Positions 19,853-30,184 of a stretch of 58,192 nucleotides of DNA are shown piece by piece. The position numbers and the translations under genes were made by a program. How positions within the stretch are numbered: position 1 is the first letter of the stretch; every line of letters begins with the position of its first letter. A model generated the notes under the pieces. The model searched no databases. It was not told where the DNA came from and saw nothing but the letters and a program-made list of their open reading frames with translations. The stretch is from the NCBI GenBank assembly GCA_049517415.1, contig JBEKSC010000018.1, forward strand, positions 1 to 58,192, written 5' to 3'. The DNA comes from Candidatus Bathyarchaeia archaeon (GTDB lineage Archaea; Thermoproteota; Bathyarchaeia; 40CM-2-53-6).

Positions 19853-20875
19853 TTGCGGCAAGAAAGAATCGGATGGGTCAACGGAATATCTTTTGATACT
19901 GGAACCTCACGTTTAATCTTCGACCCTACCAGCGGCAGGCCGTTAGGCGAAACTTGGAACGTTTTCGTAACCCACGCACACTCCGACCATACCTACGGCT
20001 TCACCACGCGCGCCAAGAAGCATTCTACACCTGAGACACTTCGAATCTACGAAGCACTCCAAAACCGTCAAGTCAAAAACTGCCACACTCTGAAGTTGGG
20101 CGACGCGATTCGAATCGATGATGTTGAGGTTAAGGTCCTCGACGCCGGCCACATGTTGGGCTCATGCCAATTCGAAGTTGTGACTCCCGAATTTACGGGA
20201 GTATACACGGGTGACATTAATTGCGTGGAGACGCTGACCACACAGGCGGCGCAGGTTAAGCAATGTGATTACTTAATCATCGAAGCAACATACGGCCACC
20301 CCTCCTATGTTTTCCCGCAACGGAGCACAATCTACGCGGACATAATCAGATGGACTACGACCGAACTAAAGGATGGAAAGATTCCAACATTCCAAGTATA
20401 CTCCTCGGGAAAACCCCAAGACTTAGTTCGATTGTTCAACGTGTACACGAAGGTTCCCGTAGTCTGCAGCCCAGGTATAGCTCGCGCCAACAACGCTCAT
20501 GCCATTAACGGTGTCCCATTGGACTTCCTTGACTCGTCTACGGGCGAAGGCAAGCAGGCGTTGAAGGCTGGCGGTTGCATTTACGTTACCACGCGATCGG
20601 AGCACATACCGCGTAATGCTTCTCGCGCCGTAGCCACCGGTTGGGCGCTGCGCATGGCGTTCCGTCATTACGCTGCCTTCCCACTTAGCAGCCACGCGGA
20701 TTACAGCCAACTATTGCAGTTCGTGAGCAATGTGAACCCGAAGAGGGTGTACGTTTTCACCGGCTACACGGACCTATTGCCAACCGTAATAGAGCGTAAG
20801 CTGGGCATCAAAGCAAGCCCACTCCCCGTCGTAGCTCAAACGAAACTCTTGGACTTTAAAGAAGTCGTTACTTGA
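19853..20875 (+). CDS. MBL-fold/beta-CASP exonuclease
   Basis: THAHSDH, AGHMLGS, YTGD, EATYG, LSSHAD. Confidence 0.9.
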   Translation: MRQERIGWVNGISFDTGTSRLIFDPTSGRPLGETWNVFVTHAHSDHTYGFTTRAKKHSTPETLRIYEALQNRQVKNCHTLKLGDAIRIDDVEVKVLDAGHMLGSCQFEVVTPEFTGVYTGDINCVETLTTQAAQVKQCDYLIIEATYGHPSYVFPQRSTIYADIIRWTTTELKDGKIPTFQVYSSGKPQDLVRLFNVYTKVPVVCSPGIARANNAHAINGVPLDFLDSSTGEGKQALKAGGCIYVTTRSEHIPRNASRAVATGWALRMAFRHYAAFPLSSHADYSQLLQFVSNVNPKRVYVFTGYTDLLPTVIERKLGIKASPLPVVAQTKLLDFKEVVT

Positions 20876-21047
20876 AGGTGATGTACATGAATAGGCTTAC
20901 AGCGACGAGGCCGATCGAGAACATTACCACAACCTCCGGCCTGATCTTAATTCCCGGAGTATCCTCCTCAAAGAATCGGAGCAACCCGGCGCTTGCCGCA
21001 GGCATAGGAGACTCACGTTTCCGCCTTTTCTCACGCGCGCTAGACAA
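20868..21047 (-). CDS. secG: Preprotein translocase subunit Sec61beta
   Basis: Not in ORF track; manual translation ...PMPAASAGLLRFFEEDTPGIKIRPEVVVMFSIGLVAVSLFMYITFK, 59 aa. Confidence 0.9.
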   Translation of the reverse strand: MSSAREKRRKRESPMPAASAGLLRFFEEDTPGIKIRPEVVVMFSIGLVAVSLFMYITFK

Positions 21048-21110
21048 TCTACAAGCCCTCTAGACGCGACTGAGTTTGATACGGGGCAATTAAACTTTGA
21101 TACCTAAGCG

Positions 21111-21512
21111 TCAAGTCTCGTTCTGCTTTTTCTGTCTCAGTCGCTGATCAAATCGGGCCGCATTTAAGATCGCCCGAACGTGTAACCCTTCGCCTATCTT
21201 CTCTTTGTCGTCCCACGCCTCCACCTAGAACTTAAGTCGATTCCCATTAATCTCGAGCAGCGAGGCGCGAGCCCTCACGCGCATGCCAACAGGCGTCGAG
21301 GCGAGATGCTTTACGGCAATCTCAATTCCGACTGAGGTTTGTCCCTCGCTCAGATGCGCTTGAATCGCAGAGACACTCGCATTCTCCATTAGGGCAACCA
21401 TCGAGGGCGTTGAGTAAGCCTCTACCAGGCCACTGCCCAGCCTCGCGGCCGTATCTTGGTCCGTGACAACGCGGCTCACTTCACCGCGCATTCCTAACTC
21501 TAATTCTCCCAT
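21111..21512 (-). pseudogene. FlK-like thioesterase with one in-frame TAG (21225-21227)
   Basis: LGSG..EAYSTPSMVALME...TSVG...KHLASTPVG; frame continues after TAG as VEAWDDKEKIGEGLHVRAILNAARF to TGA at 21111. Confidence 0.85.
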
Positions 21513-21685
21513 CGCGCAGCACAACCATACTTGTATGACACCTAATCGGGCAGCGATTAGTATCTGCCTTTTGATGCAAACATAGTGTAAGAAATTTCCG
21601 GAGGATGTGGCAGCAAAGTTTCCCTAAGTCTTGAGGAGATGGGCTGTGACACTTTTCAATAGTCCACAATATGAAATTGGTGCAG

Positions 21686-21997
21686 CTAGATTGTGAAGCC
21701 AAATGCGGATGCGAAGGAGTCTACTTTCCTGAAATTGTTGACGAATTCGACTCCTTTCTGGGTTAGGCTGTAAGTCTTGTCGTCGATCCCGTTCTCCTGT
21801 ATTACACCTAAGTTCTTGAGTTCGTCTAAATATTTGGTTAATCTGTCGTGGGATAAGTTTGCACGGTACAGGATCCTCGTGGGTTTGGCTTCGTTGTTTT
21901 CGTGTTGGATGACGTGCATTATGTCGACGTAGATTCGAAACTGGGAACGATATTTTGAGACGGCCTTGGTTGCCTGGCCCTGTTCGCTGGGGATCAT
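21686..21997 (-). CDS. Archaeal wHTH transcription regulator
   Basis: YRSQFRIYVDI...PTRILYRANLS...YSLTQKG. Confidence 0.85.
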   Translation of the reverse strand: MIPSEQGQATKAVSKYRSQFRIYVDIMHVIQHENNEAKPTRILYRANLSHDRLTKYLDELKNLGVIQENGIDDKTYSLTQKGVEFVNNFRKVDSFASAFGFTI

Positions 21998-22620
21998 GTG
22001 GGATGGTTCACCCTGAGCAGCATCGCTAGCAGTAATAGGAAACCGAACAATTGTGCGATGTGAGCGAACGGGAAGAAGAAGGCAGCGAGCGTGAAGAGGA
22101 GGAAGAATAGGTGTGCGACTGAGAGCGAAGCGAAGGCGCCGAAGACGAGCAGCGCGCTCGCAGACTTATTCATCTTGTAATTGATTGCGGTTTGAGTTGT
22201 AATGTAAACGAGCAGGAAGATCAAGATGAGTTCGGTTACGGCGTTGTGTTCAAAGAAGAGGCCGGGTACCGCGGCCACCGCGATGGAGGCCTCTGCGCCG
22301 ACATTCCTCGTTTGCTGCATGTACGCGAAAACTAGGAGTCCATAAGCCAAAAACTGTGCCACGAAATCAATTGTATAGCCAAACGCGGAGAGGAAAAGAA
22401 AGGCTCTGTGGAAGCGAACCAGGACAACGACTAAGTTCGCAAGGCCCTCGATGAGCAACCCCGCCCCCAGCAAGCCGAAGCTTAGGTTTAGGTAGAGAAG
22501 GGTTCGTTCCTTCGAAAGCCTGTAACTTTTCAACGCCTGGTATGCGACTGCGCTCGCGATTGCAAATCCAATGAACTCCATTAAGGATTCAAAGCGAAAG
22601 AACCAAAGAGGGGCAAGCAT
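21994..22620 (-). CDS. Multi-pass membrane protein, possible sensor coupled to the wHTH gene
   Basis: About 6-7 TM segments; ATGA overlap with the regulator. Confidence 0.75.
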   Translation of the reverse strand: MLAPLWFFRFESLMEFIGFAIASAVAYQALKSYRLSKERTLLYLNLSFGLLGAGLLIEGLANLVVVLVRFHRAFLFLSAFGYTIDFVAQFLAYGLLVFAYMQQTRNVGAEASIAVAAVPGLFFEHNAVTELILIFLLVYITTQTAINYKMNKSASALLVFGAFASLSVAHLFFLLFTLAAFFFPFAHIAQLFGFLLLLAMLLRVNHPT

Positions 22621-22719
22621 GCGCCTTCAACACAGTCGTCTACAGCCGGCGAGGCGCACTTTTCAGGATTGCGTATGCATCATTCAACGGAATTTGATTT
22701 GTGAAAAACAGTATGGGGT

Positions 22720-22914
22720 TTAGGTTGTGGCTAACTGGACGAGTTTTCCGTTCATGAAGAAGCCCTTGAGGCCGCACACTTCACAGCGTGCTCCAAGCTG
22801 CAAGTCCGAGCCCTCTTCATAGTACACATCGAGGGTTTTCTCCCCGCATCTTGGGCAAGTATCGCCTTCGGTTTTATCCATCCCCAACCATGAAATATAC
22901 ACACATGCATCCAT
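22720..22914 (-). CDS. Small zinc-ribbon protein (start may be 22881)
   Basis: CPRC...CEVC. Confidence 0.6.
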   Translation of the reverse strand: MDACVYISWLGMDKTEGDTCPRCGEKTLDVYYEEGSDLQLGARCEVCGLKGFFMNGKLVQLATT

Positions 22915-23026
22915 ATAGGCCTGACAGGTCAGTGAAACTAACAGAAATCAGTCTATGGTTATGGGTACCGGCCAAAGACAGACCTGTCCGTTTTTCGGTT
23001 CAAAAATGCGTTTTTAACCACTCCAA

Positions 23027-23929
23027 ATGAAGACGCCTAACATGGACAACGTCTCGCTAATCGGCCTTCCATTCTACAGCCTCTCAAAATACCGAGGCGT
23101 GGCCACCGCCGTAACGGCCCTTCGCTCAGCTGGGATCGCCGAAACGCTGAGGAAATCTACTGAGCACTTCACCGATATGGGCGACTGTGATCTATCCGAG
23201 ATTCTGGAAGACTCAGGCCCACCCAACCTCAGAAACTTTCCACAGTTCCTCCACGATACGGACATCGTGCAAGAAATGGCGGGCAAGGTTGGCCGAGATG
23301 ATTTCGTCTTCTGCCTCGGCGGGGAATGCACTCTCATTACTGGCACGTTAGCCGGGTTCAAGAATAGGTTCAAAGGAAAACCGGGAATCCTCTGGGCGGA
23401 CGCTCACGGCGACTTCAACATACCCGAAACAACCAGCTCAGGGTTCATCGGTGGGATGCCCCTCGCGTTCGCCTGCGGCCGTGGCCCCAAACTAACCTAG
23501 AGCGTAGAACACGCACGGCCGTTGCTTGAAGAGGAGAACGTTGTGCACTTAGCGAGCAGGTCCGTTGACCCTCTCGAATCCAAAGCCATGTCTTCCTCAG
23601 GAATGAAAGTCTACTCCGACGCAACCGCACACAAGGAAGGTATACTGAAAGTAGCCGCGGAAGCAGCAGATTACCTCGCGGATCACTCCGACTGGATAAC
23701 CTGCCACCTAGACGTGGACTCGATCGACCCCACGATCATCCCCGCAGTGAACTACCCCGAACCGGGCGGCCTGACCCTCGAAGAAGTCAGAACGATTGTA
23801 AGGGCACTGCGTGGAATTGGTAAATTGAAAGTCTTCAACCTCACAGCCTACAACCCAACATTAGCTCAGGGCCAAATTTCAGCCAAGAAGCTTCTAACAC
23901 TCATAGCGGACTTGATGGGCAACCCATAA
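23027..23929 (+). pseudogene. Arginase-family ureohydrolase with one in-frame TAG (23498-23500)
   Basis: LGGEC, DAHGDFN, HLDVDSIDP, PGGLT; the two track ORFs share a frame and are separated only by TAG. Confidence 0.88.
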
Positions 23930-23955
23930 AAAACGGCGAAAGTTAGGAAGAGTCT

Positions 23956-24510
23956 ATGATCATTGGACGGGTTGTATCGGTTAACGTTGGGTTGCCCAGG
24001 GATGTGGTTTGGAACGGCCACAGCGTGAGAACTGGGATATTCAAAGAACCAGTTACGGGACGGGTGAGAGTTCATACGTTAGGGTTGGAGGGCGACCAGC
24101 AAGCTGACCTCACGGTTCACGGGGGTCCTAAGCAGGCTGTGTACGCATACCCATCGGAGCACTATGAGTTCTGGAAGAAAGAATTGGGCCGAGCACAACT
24201 GACGTGGGGGATGTTTGGCGAGACCTTGACGACCCAAGGACTTCTCGAAGACACAGTCCGCACAGAGGATGAGTATCATGTTGGTTCTGCAACTGTTGTT
24301 GTGACGCGCCCACGCTCCCCATGCTACAAGCTCGACATCAAATTCGGAACAATGGATATGGTGAAGCAGTTTCAGGCAAGCGGCCGGAGCGGCTTTTACC
24401 TTTCCGTCAAGCAAGAAGGAGACGTAGGGATAGGAGATGCAATTGAGCTAATCTCCAGCGACAAATCGAAACCGAAAATCTCAGAGCTCTTCTTAGAGCG
24501 AGTGGAATAA
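23956..24510 (+). CDS. MOSC-domain protein (YiiM-like)
   Basis: TGIFK, GLEGDQQAD..VHGG, PRSPCYKL, SGFY. Confidence 0.9.
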   Translation: MIIGRVVSVNVGLPRDVVWNGHSVRTGIFKEPVTGRVRVHTLGLEGDQQADLTVHGGPKQAVYAYPSEHYEFWKKELGRAQLTWGMFGETLTTQGLLEDTVRTEDEYHVGSATVVVTRPRSPCYKLDIKFGTMDMVKQFQASGRSGFYLSVKQEGDVGIGDAIELISSDKSKPKISELFLERVE

Positions 24511-24547
24511 GATAATGAACGCCGCAAAGGGTCGTAGCGACCTGCCG

Positions 24548-25312
24548 TCAAGCGTAACGGTTTAGGAATGGGATCGTGGCTAGCCCGGATTCGCCAGCAA
24601 CTATTGTCTTGAAGTCTAGCTTTGGGCCGTCCACGATCTTCAGCCATGCGCGATACTGTCCCTTCTTGATTTCGACTATGTTGTATGAGTTGGAAAAGAA
24701 GCCGCGGAGGCGTTCGGATGATAGGCTGCCGGCGTGAACTATGGGGATGCGGTTTAGAATCCATCTCCACGGTCTGTGTCTGTGGCCGCAGAGAATCAAC
24801 CCTACCCCAGACCGGTCCAAGGCGCGAAGTACATCCCCCGCGTCCAAGATCGGAATTGTGTTAGGCCCCGTGTCCGGGACGGGGACTAAGTGGTGGTGCA
24901 TCATCACTAGCTTGAATCTTCTTCTCTCCCGCCGTAGAAGGTTTTGAAGCCAAACGATTTGCCTGTGCCCCGCTTCACCATCATTTCGTTCTGGTCGAGC
25001 TGTACCTAAAGTCGCGACCAAGAGATCACTTGTTCTTAACACTGGTTTTGACGGGAAGAATTGCCGAAAAAGCAAGTAACCCGTGCTGCGGTAGTCGTGG
25101 TTGCCGCTCGTGTAAAGCCGACGCCTGCAAGTGAATTGCTTCATCAACTCAGCGGCGCTCTCGTACTGTGACAGTAAACCGTTCTCGGTGAGGTCGCCAG
25201 TCACCAAAAGAAGGTCGGGGTCGAGTTCATTGATCTCATCAACTGCACGGTGGAATACATCGTCCCGAAACTCGGGGCCTACGTGTATGTCGGAAATTTG
25301 GATTATGAGCAA
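24548..25312 (-). CDS. Calcineurin-like metallophosphoesterase
   Basis: SDIH, TGDLT, GNHD, HHH, GHRH. Confidence 0.92.
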   Translation of the reverse strand: MLIIQISDIHVGPEFRDDVFHRAVDEINELDPDLLLVTGDLTENGLLSQYESAAELMKQFTCRRRLYTSGNHDYRSTGYLLFRQFFPSKPVLRTSDLLVATLGTARPERNDGEAGHRQIVWLQNLLRRERRRFKLVMMHHHLVPVPDTGPNTIPILDAGDVLRALDRSGVGLILCGHRHRPWRWILNRIPIVHAGSLSSERLRGFFSNSYNIVEIKKGQYRAWLKIVDGPKLDFKTIVAGESGLATIPFLNRYA

Positions 25313-25478
25313 ATCAAGTCATCTGCTTATCATGCGCCGATTTAAGGCTCTTTCTCGACTAGCTCTCTTATCAGTATGTGTAGAAACGATCACAATGACA
25401 AGTCTTGGTGGAGTTGAGCGATAGCTCGGAGCATTTAAGAAGACGGCCCAGCCGAGCTAGCCAAGTCGAGGCGTTAGT

Positions 25479-25745
25479 ATGATTACTGCATTTGTTATGA
25501 TGAACGCTGAACGGGACCGCATAGCGGCAGTCCCCGACGAGCTTCTGAAAATCAGTGGGGTCACTGAGGTCTACTCCGTTGCGGGCGACTATGACCTCGT
25601 AGCCATCGTTCGCGTCAAGGAAGCTGAAGACCTCGCTAAGGTTGTAACCGAAGGGTTCGTGAAAGTCCGCGGCATAACAAAGACGATGACGCTCACAGCC
25701 TTCCGCTGCTACAGCGATTACGACCTAGACCACATGTTCGGCTAA
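25479..25745 (+). CDS. Stand-alone Lrp/AsnC ligand-binding domain protein; C-terminus altered by integration
   Basis: GVTEVYSVAGDYDLVAIVRV...T.TLTAFR; no HTH; 3' end contains attL. Confidence 0.92.
   Translation: MITAFVMMNAERDRIAAVPDELLKISGVTEVYSVAGDYDLVAIVRVKEAEDLAKVVTEGFVKVRGITKTMTLTAFRCYSDYDLDHMFG
25726..25739 (+). repeat. attL core TAGACCACATGTTC
   Basis: Identical to 36525-36538. Confidence 0.9.
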
Positions 25746-26121
25746 GAATAACCTATGCTATTTAATAATGTGTTCTAAGCCAGCTACTGTTAGGGCTCGG
25801 TTCCAGTAGGTGTTAGGGTCTTAGGTTAAGGTAAGTGTGTGTAACCCAAGTGCGGTATCGTAAAGTAGGTCACTAAAGACGGCCAAGACTTACCCGAGAT
25901 AAGGAAGTCAAATAATTTCAAGGTCAGTTAGCTTATCGCCACTGAGTTAACTAAACCACACGTACGTCATGCCTACTCCGTTTAGCGTTTAGCGTATCAC
26001 ATGAAAAGTGTTTTATCATAATTTATGAAGTTCATGAATTGGTCTGTGTGGAGACCTTGTATCTTGGAACGTTCAAAGGAATCCAAGAGAGGGCTGAGAC
26101 CTGCTGGGTTTAGGTAAGCTT

Positions 26122-26547
26122 GTGATTTTCGTTGATGGAGCATGCGAACCTAAGAATCCCCGCGGGGTTGCTACATATGGATTTGTTATTTATCGTGAAG
26201 AAAAACAGTTGGCCGTTGGGTCTGGGCTAGCTGCGGAGCCTTGGACAGAACAGGCAAGTAACAATGTTGCTGAGTATGTTGCTCTGATAATGGCATTGGA
26301 GAAGGTACTGTCCCTTAGACTTGAGGCTTCCGAAGTAGAAGTTAGGGCTGACAGTAAATTGCTTGTTGAACAAGTGAATGGAACCTACGCTGTTAGAGCG
26401 CCTCGATTGAAACCGCTTCATGAACGAGTGAAGCGTTTGCTACCGCAGTTCAAGAATCTATATCTAAGATGGATTCAACGCGAAGAAAACGCTGAGGCAG
26501 ATGCCTTAAGCAAAGAAGCTTATACATCATACATTCGGTCTAGTTAG
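26122..26547 (+). CDS. rnhA: Ribonuclease HI
   Basis: FVDGA, NNVAEY, ADSKLLVEQ, WIQREENAEADAL; all four acidic residues present. Confidence 0.92.
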   Translation: MIFVDGACEPKNPRGVATYGFVIYREEKQLAVGSGLAAEPWTEQASNNVAEYVALIMALEKVLSLRLEASEVEVRADSKLLVEQVNGTYAVRAPRLKPLHERVKRLLPQFKNLYLRWIQREENAEADALSKEAYTSYIRSS

Positions 26548-26591
26548 TTATCACAATCGATACCTTGATTGTTTTGTCGCTGTGATCTTCT

Positions 26592-27407
26592 TCACCGTTT
26601 GCGTCTGAATCTGGGCAAAACGAGAACGACGCCCAACGCGGCTACTAGTATGATGCCTGCCAGGTACCACAGGACAGGTCGAATTGCCCCGAAGGCAATG
26701 GTTGACGGACTTTCAGTAACTTCAGCGCTCGTTTCTGTTCTATATTGTGTCAAGTAACTAGCGAGGGTAACATTGGCATTGACCAAGAACCCATCTACTT
26801 TCAACGTGAATTCAGGGTAGGAAAATGTGTTAGGGTAGGAGGGTGTATTCTGGGGCGTATACTGAAGGTAATAGTTTGCCAGGATGAAATATGTTCCATC
26901 GCTAGGTGGAGTGAAGTCGATTGTAAGTGAAGTAACCTGTAAGGACGCGGTTGTGTAGCCATCCGGAGGGTAGCAGCTTGGAAATCGGTTTCGCTCTTGG
27001 TTTATCCATTCAGCCCATTGAGACTCCGAGAGAAAATAAAAGTCGCTGAAGGTCGGAGGGGTAGACGAATAAGTGATGTGAACATCCTGCCCTGCCCTTG
27101 CCATGAACGAATCTATTACAGCATATGGGCACTGTAGTACGTGCTGAGGGACGTCGTTAGCGCAACATTGGTATGTTGCATAACCCAAAAAATTGCTGGC
27201 ATTTAAGGAATAGGTGAATGTCACCGATGTTAAAGCGAGGGAAGTCGTTGTGCTTAACATTGTTGACACTGAAGTTAATGTGTCGGTTAACGTTTCAGTT
27301 ACTGGGACGGTTGTTGTGGAATCCATTTGTGCATTTGTTGTTGTGACACCGAACGAAACTAACGTAACTAGAAGGATCAGAATTACGATTCTTTGCTGTT
27401 TCTTCAT
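26592..27407 (-). CDS. Secreted S/T-rich surface protein with C-terminal TM anchor
   Basis: Signal peptide, Thr-rich linkers, TM followed by RFRRKR. Confidence 0.75.
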   Translation of the reverse strand: MKKQQRIVILILLVTLVSFGVTTTNAQMDSTTTVPVTETLTDTLTSVSTMLSTTTSLALTSVTFTYSLNASNFLGYATYQCCANDVPQHVLQCPYAVIDSFMARAGQDVHITYSSTPPTFSDFYFLSESQWAEWINQERNRFPSCYPPDGYTTASLQVTSLTIDFTPPSDGTYFILANYYLQYTPQNTPSYPNTFSYPEFTLKVDGFLVNANVTLASYLTQYRTETSAEVTESPSTIAFGAIRPVLWYLAGIILVAALGVVLVLPRFRRKR

Positions 27408-27931
27408 TGCATCTTCGCCTGTCTTCGTCGTAGTAAGTATAGCGAAGCTGCGAGCGCAGTGAACGCTACGATTTGGATTGCGTTAAATTCAGGGACAGGA
27501 ACCGTCGGCTTCGCCACTCTAAAGATGCTGCACATTGGGCTACCAATATTAGCATAGTAAGCGTAGACTACAAGGCCGTATAGCCCAGCAGGCAGGCCCG
27601 CCGTTGAGGTGGCGCTCCAAACATTTTCACTATTAGGCGAAGCATGAAGCGTTAGGGACGGACTAAGCTGGAGCCAGTCTCCAGTATCACATAAGTTCAA
27701 GGACGCGTTAGGGTAAATGGAAAACGTAACTTGGAATACTTCCGAGTTCGAGATTGTCACACTGAAAGTAACTGGTTGATTAGCTGTGGGGTTTGCGGGG
27801 CTGATTTGAGGGTAACCATTGAATTGCCCATAAGCGGGCGTAAAGTTGCTCGCCCTCAGACCAACTAACGTAACCATCACGAGAAGTAAGCCTGTAATTA
27901 TGACTTGTTTACTCATAATGTAGGCTTCCAA
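27404..27931 (-). CDS. Surface protein with PEF-CTERM-type sorting signal
   Basis: Signal peptide; C-terminal VPEF + TM + RRR. Confidence 0.8.
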   Translation of the reverse strand: MEAYIMSKQVIITGLLLVMVTLVGLRASNFTPAYGQFNGYPQISPANPTANQPVTFSVTISNSEVFQVTFSIYPNASLNLCDTGDWLQLSPSLTLHASPNSENVWSATSTAGLPAGLYGLVVYAYYANIGSPMCSIFRVAKPTVPVPEFNAIQIVAFTALAASLYLLRRRQAKMQ

Positions 27932-28317
27932 CGTTCAAGTAACTTATTACTCCATAACTAACGCTCTAAGATTGCGGTAACGTCCCAAACATCACCTAAG
28001 TTGACCGTCTAATTATCCTGCCTCCGTTCACTGCGAGCCTTGCGAGCAAAAGTCTGGGAAACCCCAAAAACAAATCCGATTAATTATAGCGCACTCAACT
28101 ATGACAAACGCCGTTAAAATTACCCGTTGAGATCTCTAGTTAGCCATCTGTATGTGACCGGTCACTACGCTAGTTCTGTAGGTATACGTCGATTGCGTCC
28201 GCATAGCAGGACGATTAGAGGTATGAACGAGGTCTGTTCGAGGTTCCAGCGGATAAACTAAGCCCTAGGCTCGATCGTAATCTTTCGACACTTCAGGTTC
28301 TTTAGCCACATTACCCA

Positions 28318-28755
28318 TCAACGCTCCTTCAATAACCAATAAACCGCGACCCCGACACCGACCGCAGCGCCTATCACAAAACTCACCAGGAGATGTAGGC
28401 CCAAGTCGTTCAACCATATTGGGATAATTAGCGGCGCGAGTGAGACTATGGTAGCGATGACGATGGATTTGCCTAGAATGCCGAGGATTCGACTTTGTGC
28501 AACCCTGCGCTTTTGTGTAGTCTCTTCGATTGAACCCAATTGAGACCCAGCGAAGGCAACGGTAACCATTACGACCCCAACTAGTGCCATAGCCACTATC
28601 GTATTGAATAACGGGGCATCCCAGCCGCTACCGTAACCACACCACATACTCTGAGGAGTAAACTGAATACAGTTGAAGTAACTCAATAACCCGAAACCGG
28701 CTCCCGATAACAGGAAAGCACCGATGCTGAGTATGATGCGCCAGAATATCTTCAA
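28318..28755 (-). CDS. Hypothetical 4-TM membrane protein
   Basis: Four hydrophobic segments. Confidence 0.7.
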   Translation of the reverse strand: MKIFWRIILSIGAFLLSGAGFGLLSYFNCIQFTPQSMWCGYGSGWDAPLFNTIVAMALVGVVMVTVAFAGSQLGSIEETTQKRRVAQSRILGILGKSIVIATIVSLAPLIIPIWLNDLGLHLLVSFVIGAAVGVGVAVYWLLKER

Positions 28756-29374
28756 ATTTATTCGATTCTAACGCTATTCTGTTAATTTATTTGATTTTGC
28801 GTTGAATCCTGAACTAAGGCGATAACGACGTATCAGTAATTTACCTTACTTTAACCGTGGTCTGGATCTCGGGTTGACCATCTGTAAGCCTTCCCTAACG
28901 TTGTAACTTGCTGTAACTGGTTTGTTGTGTTGTTTGTTTTTCTTATTCGACGTGCGAACAATCGAGCGCATATAGGAAGTCGCATTGAGGAAGAGAGGAA
29001 GCCGCATGCGGAGAGAAAGGAAGTCTTACAATGACAGACCGCAGGTACTACTCACAACACATATTCTTACTCTAAGCTAACATCTGGGGGCCTCAGCATT
29101 CCAACAGAATCCAACGTTAACCCGTTAACCGTCAGTCTATCAATAAGAATGGGAATAGATCAACCACCCTAACCTTACCTAAGGATACGAACCAGCACAG
29201 ACCGGTGATTCATCCGTCAAACCCGATTACTACACCACTAGAAATATGACTTGAATACTACTTTGAATGAATGATAGAATAAGTTCCTACTCCTAGTTAG
29301 ACCAGTGTGTTAGCTGTAAGTTAACAGGTTCACCGTTTTATTTAGGATGTATAGGGGAAACGTAGGGGAGCTGG

Positions 29375-30184
29375 TTAAATCGGCTTCGTGTAATTGTGCC
29401 CTAAGATGAACTGGGAAATATTCTTGTAGAGCGGTTCGCTGTTAGATGGATTGTCAGTTATCACAAATCCGTAAGATAGTCGCTGATTTAGTTCTTCGTA
29501 TAAGTCATGGTATTTCTCTGGCGCATAAATGTTACCCGCATATGCGATGGGGATGTGCTCTGCGATCAGTATGCTTGCGGCCTTGGGCTGAGTTCTAACT
29601 GCAACGACTGCTGTTCGAATGTCAAGTTTCCAGCGTAGGCGGGCTATAGATGTTGTTCGGATGAATTCGTCTACCTCCTTTGTTTCGAGTTTGGCACGCC
29701 TATTTTTCACCTGGATGTTTTGGTAGTAGCCATTGGTGGGATGTTTGGCGAATACGTCGATGTCACGACGAGCGATGCCTGGTTCGAGAAGATCCTGAGT
29801 TAGGTGGCTCTTCTTGCGTGTTTCCACCTCAGTATAGCCTAAAGCTTGGCATATCTGGGTTACCAAGTTTTCGCCGTGCAAGCCTATTTCTTCATGAAGG
29901 TCGTAGTGCTTCGCTAGGAGCTGCGCCTTTTCTTGAATTACCTCGTCTATTTGTGTCTGTGAGAAATCTGTACAGTAGATGAACCGTGTCTCGGTCTTTT
30001 CCTCGCTGGGTGTCGTAATCAGCCTTACGGAGACTTTTTTTTCTGCCTGAAGCTGACGGATAGCTGGGTCAACAACTGTAGGCGGACATGTGAGGGCCTG
30101 GATGCGGTTGTTGAGTTCTTCTAGCTGGCATGCGACCTGGCTCTGTAGTATCTGTAGAACTAGGTTCGCTTCGGGTGACCTCAT
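29375..30184 (-). CDS. PD-(D/E)XK nuclease, Mrr/type IV restriction-like
   Basis: G..GENLV..I...LGY...DIDVFA...IQVKN. Confidence 0.72.
   Translation of the reverse strand: MRSPEANLVLQILQSQVACQLEELNNRIQALTCPPTVVDPAIRQLQAEKKVSVRLITTPSEEKTETRFIYCTDFSQTQIDEVIQEKAQLLAKHYDLHEEIGLHGENLVTQICQALGYTEVETRKKSHLTQDLLEPGIARRDIDVFAKHPTNGYYQNIQVKNRRAKLETKEVDEFIRTTSIARLRWKLDIRTAVVAVRTQPKAASILIAEHIPIAYAGNIYAPEKYHDLYEELNQRLSYGFVITDNPSNSEPLYKNISQFILGHNYTKPI

Noticed and set aside
20872..21063. 63-aa plus-strand ORF
   Set aside because: Antisense to the real Sec61beta gene.
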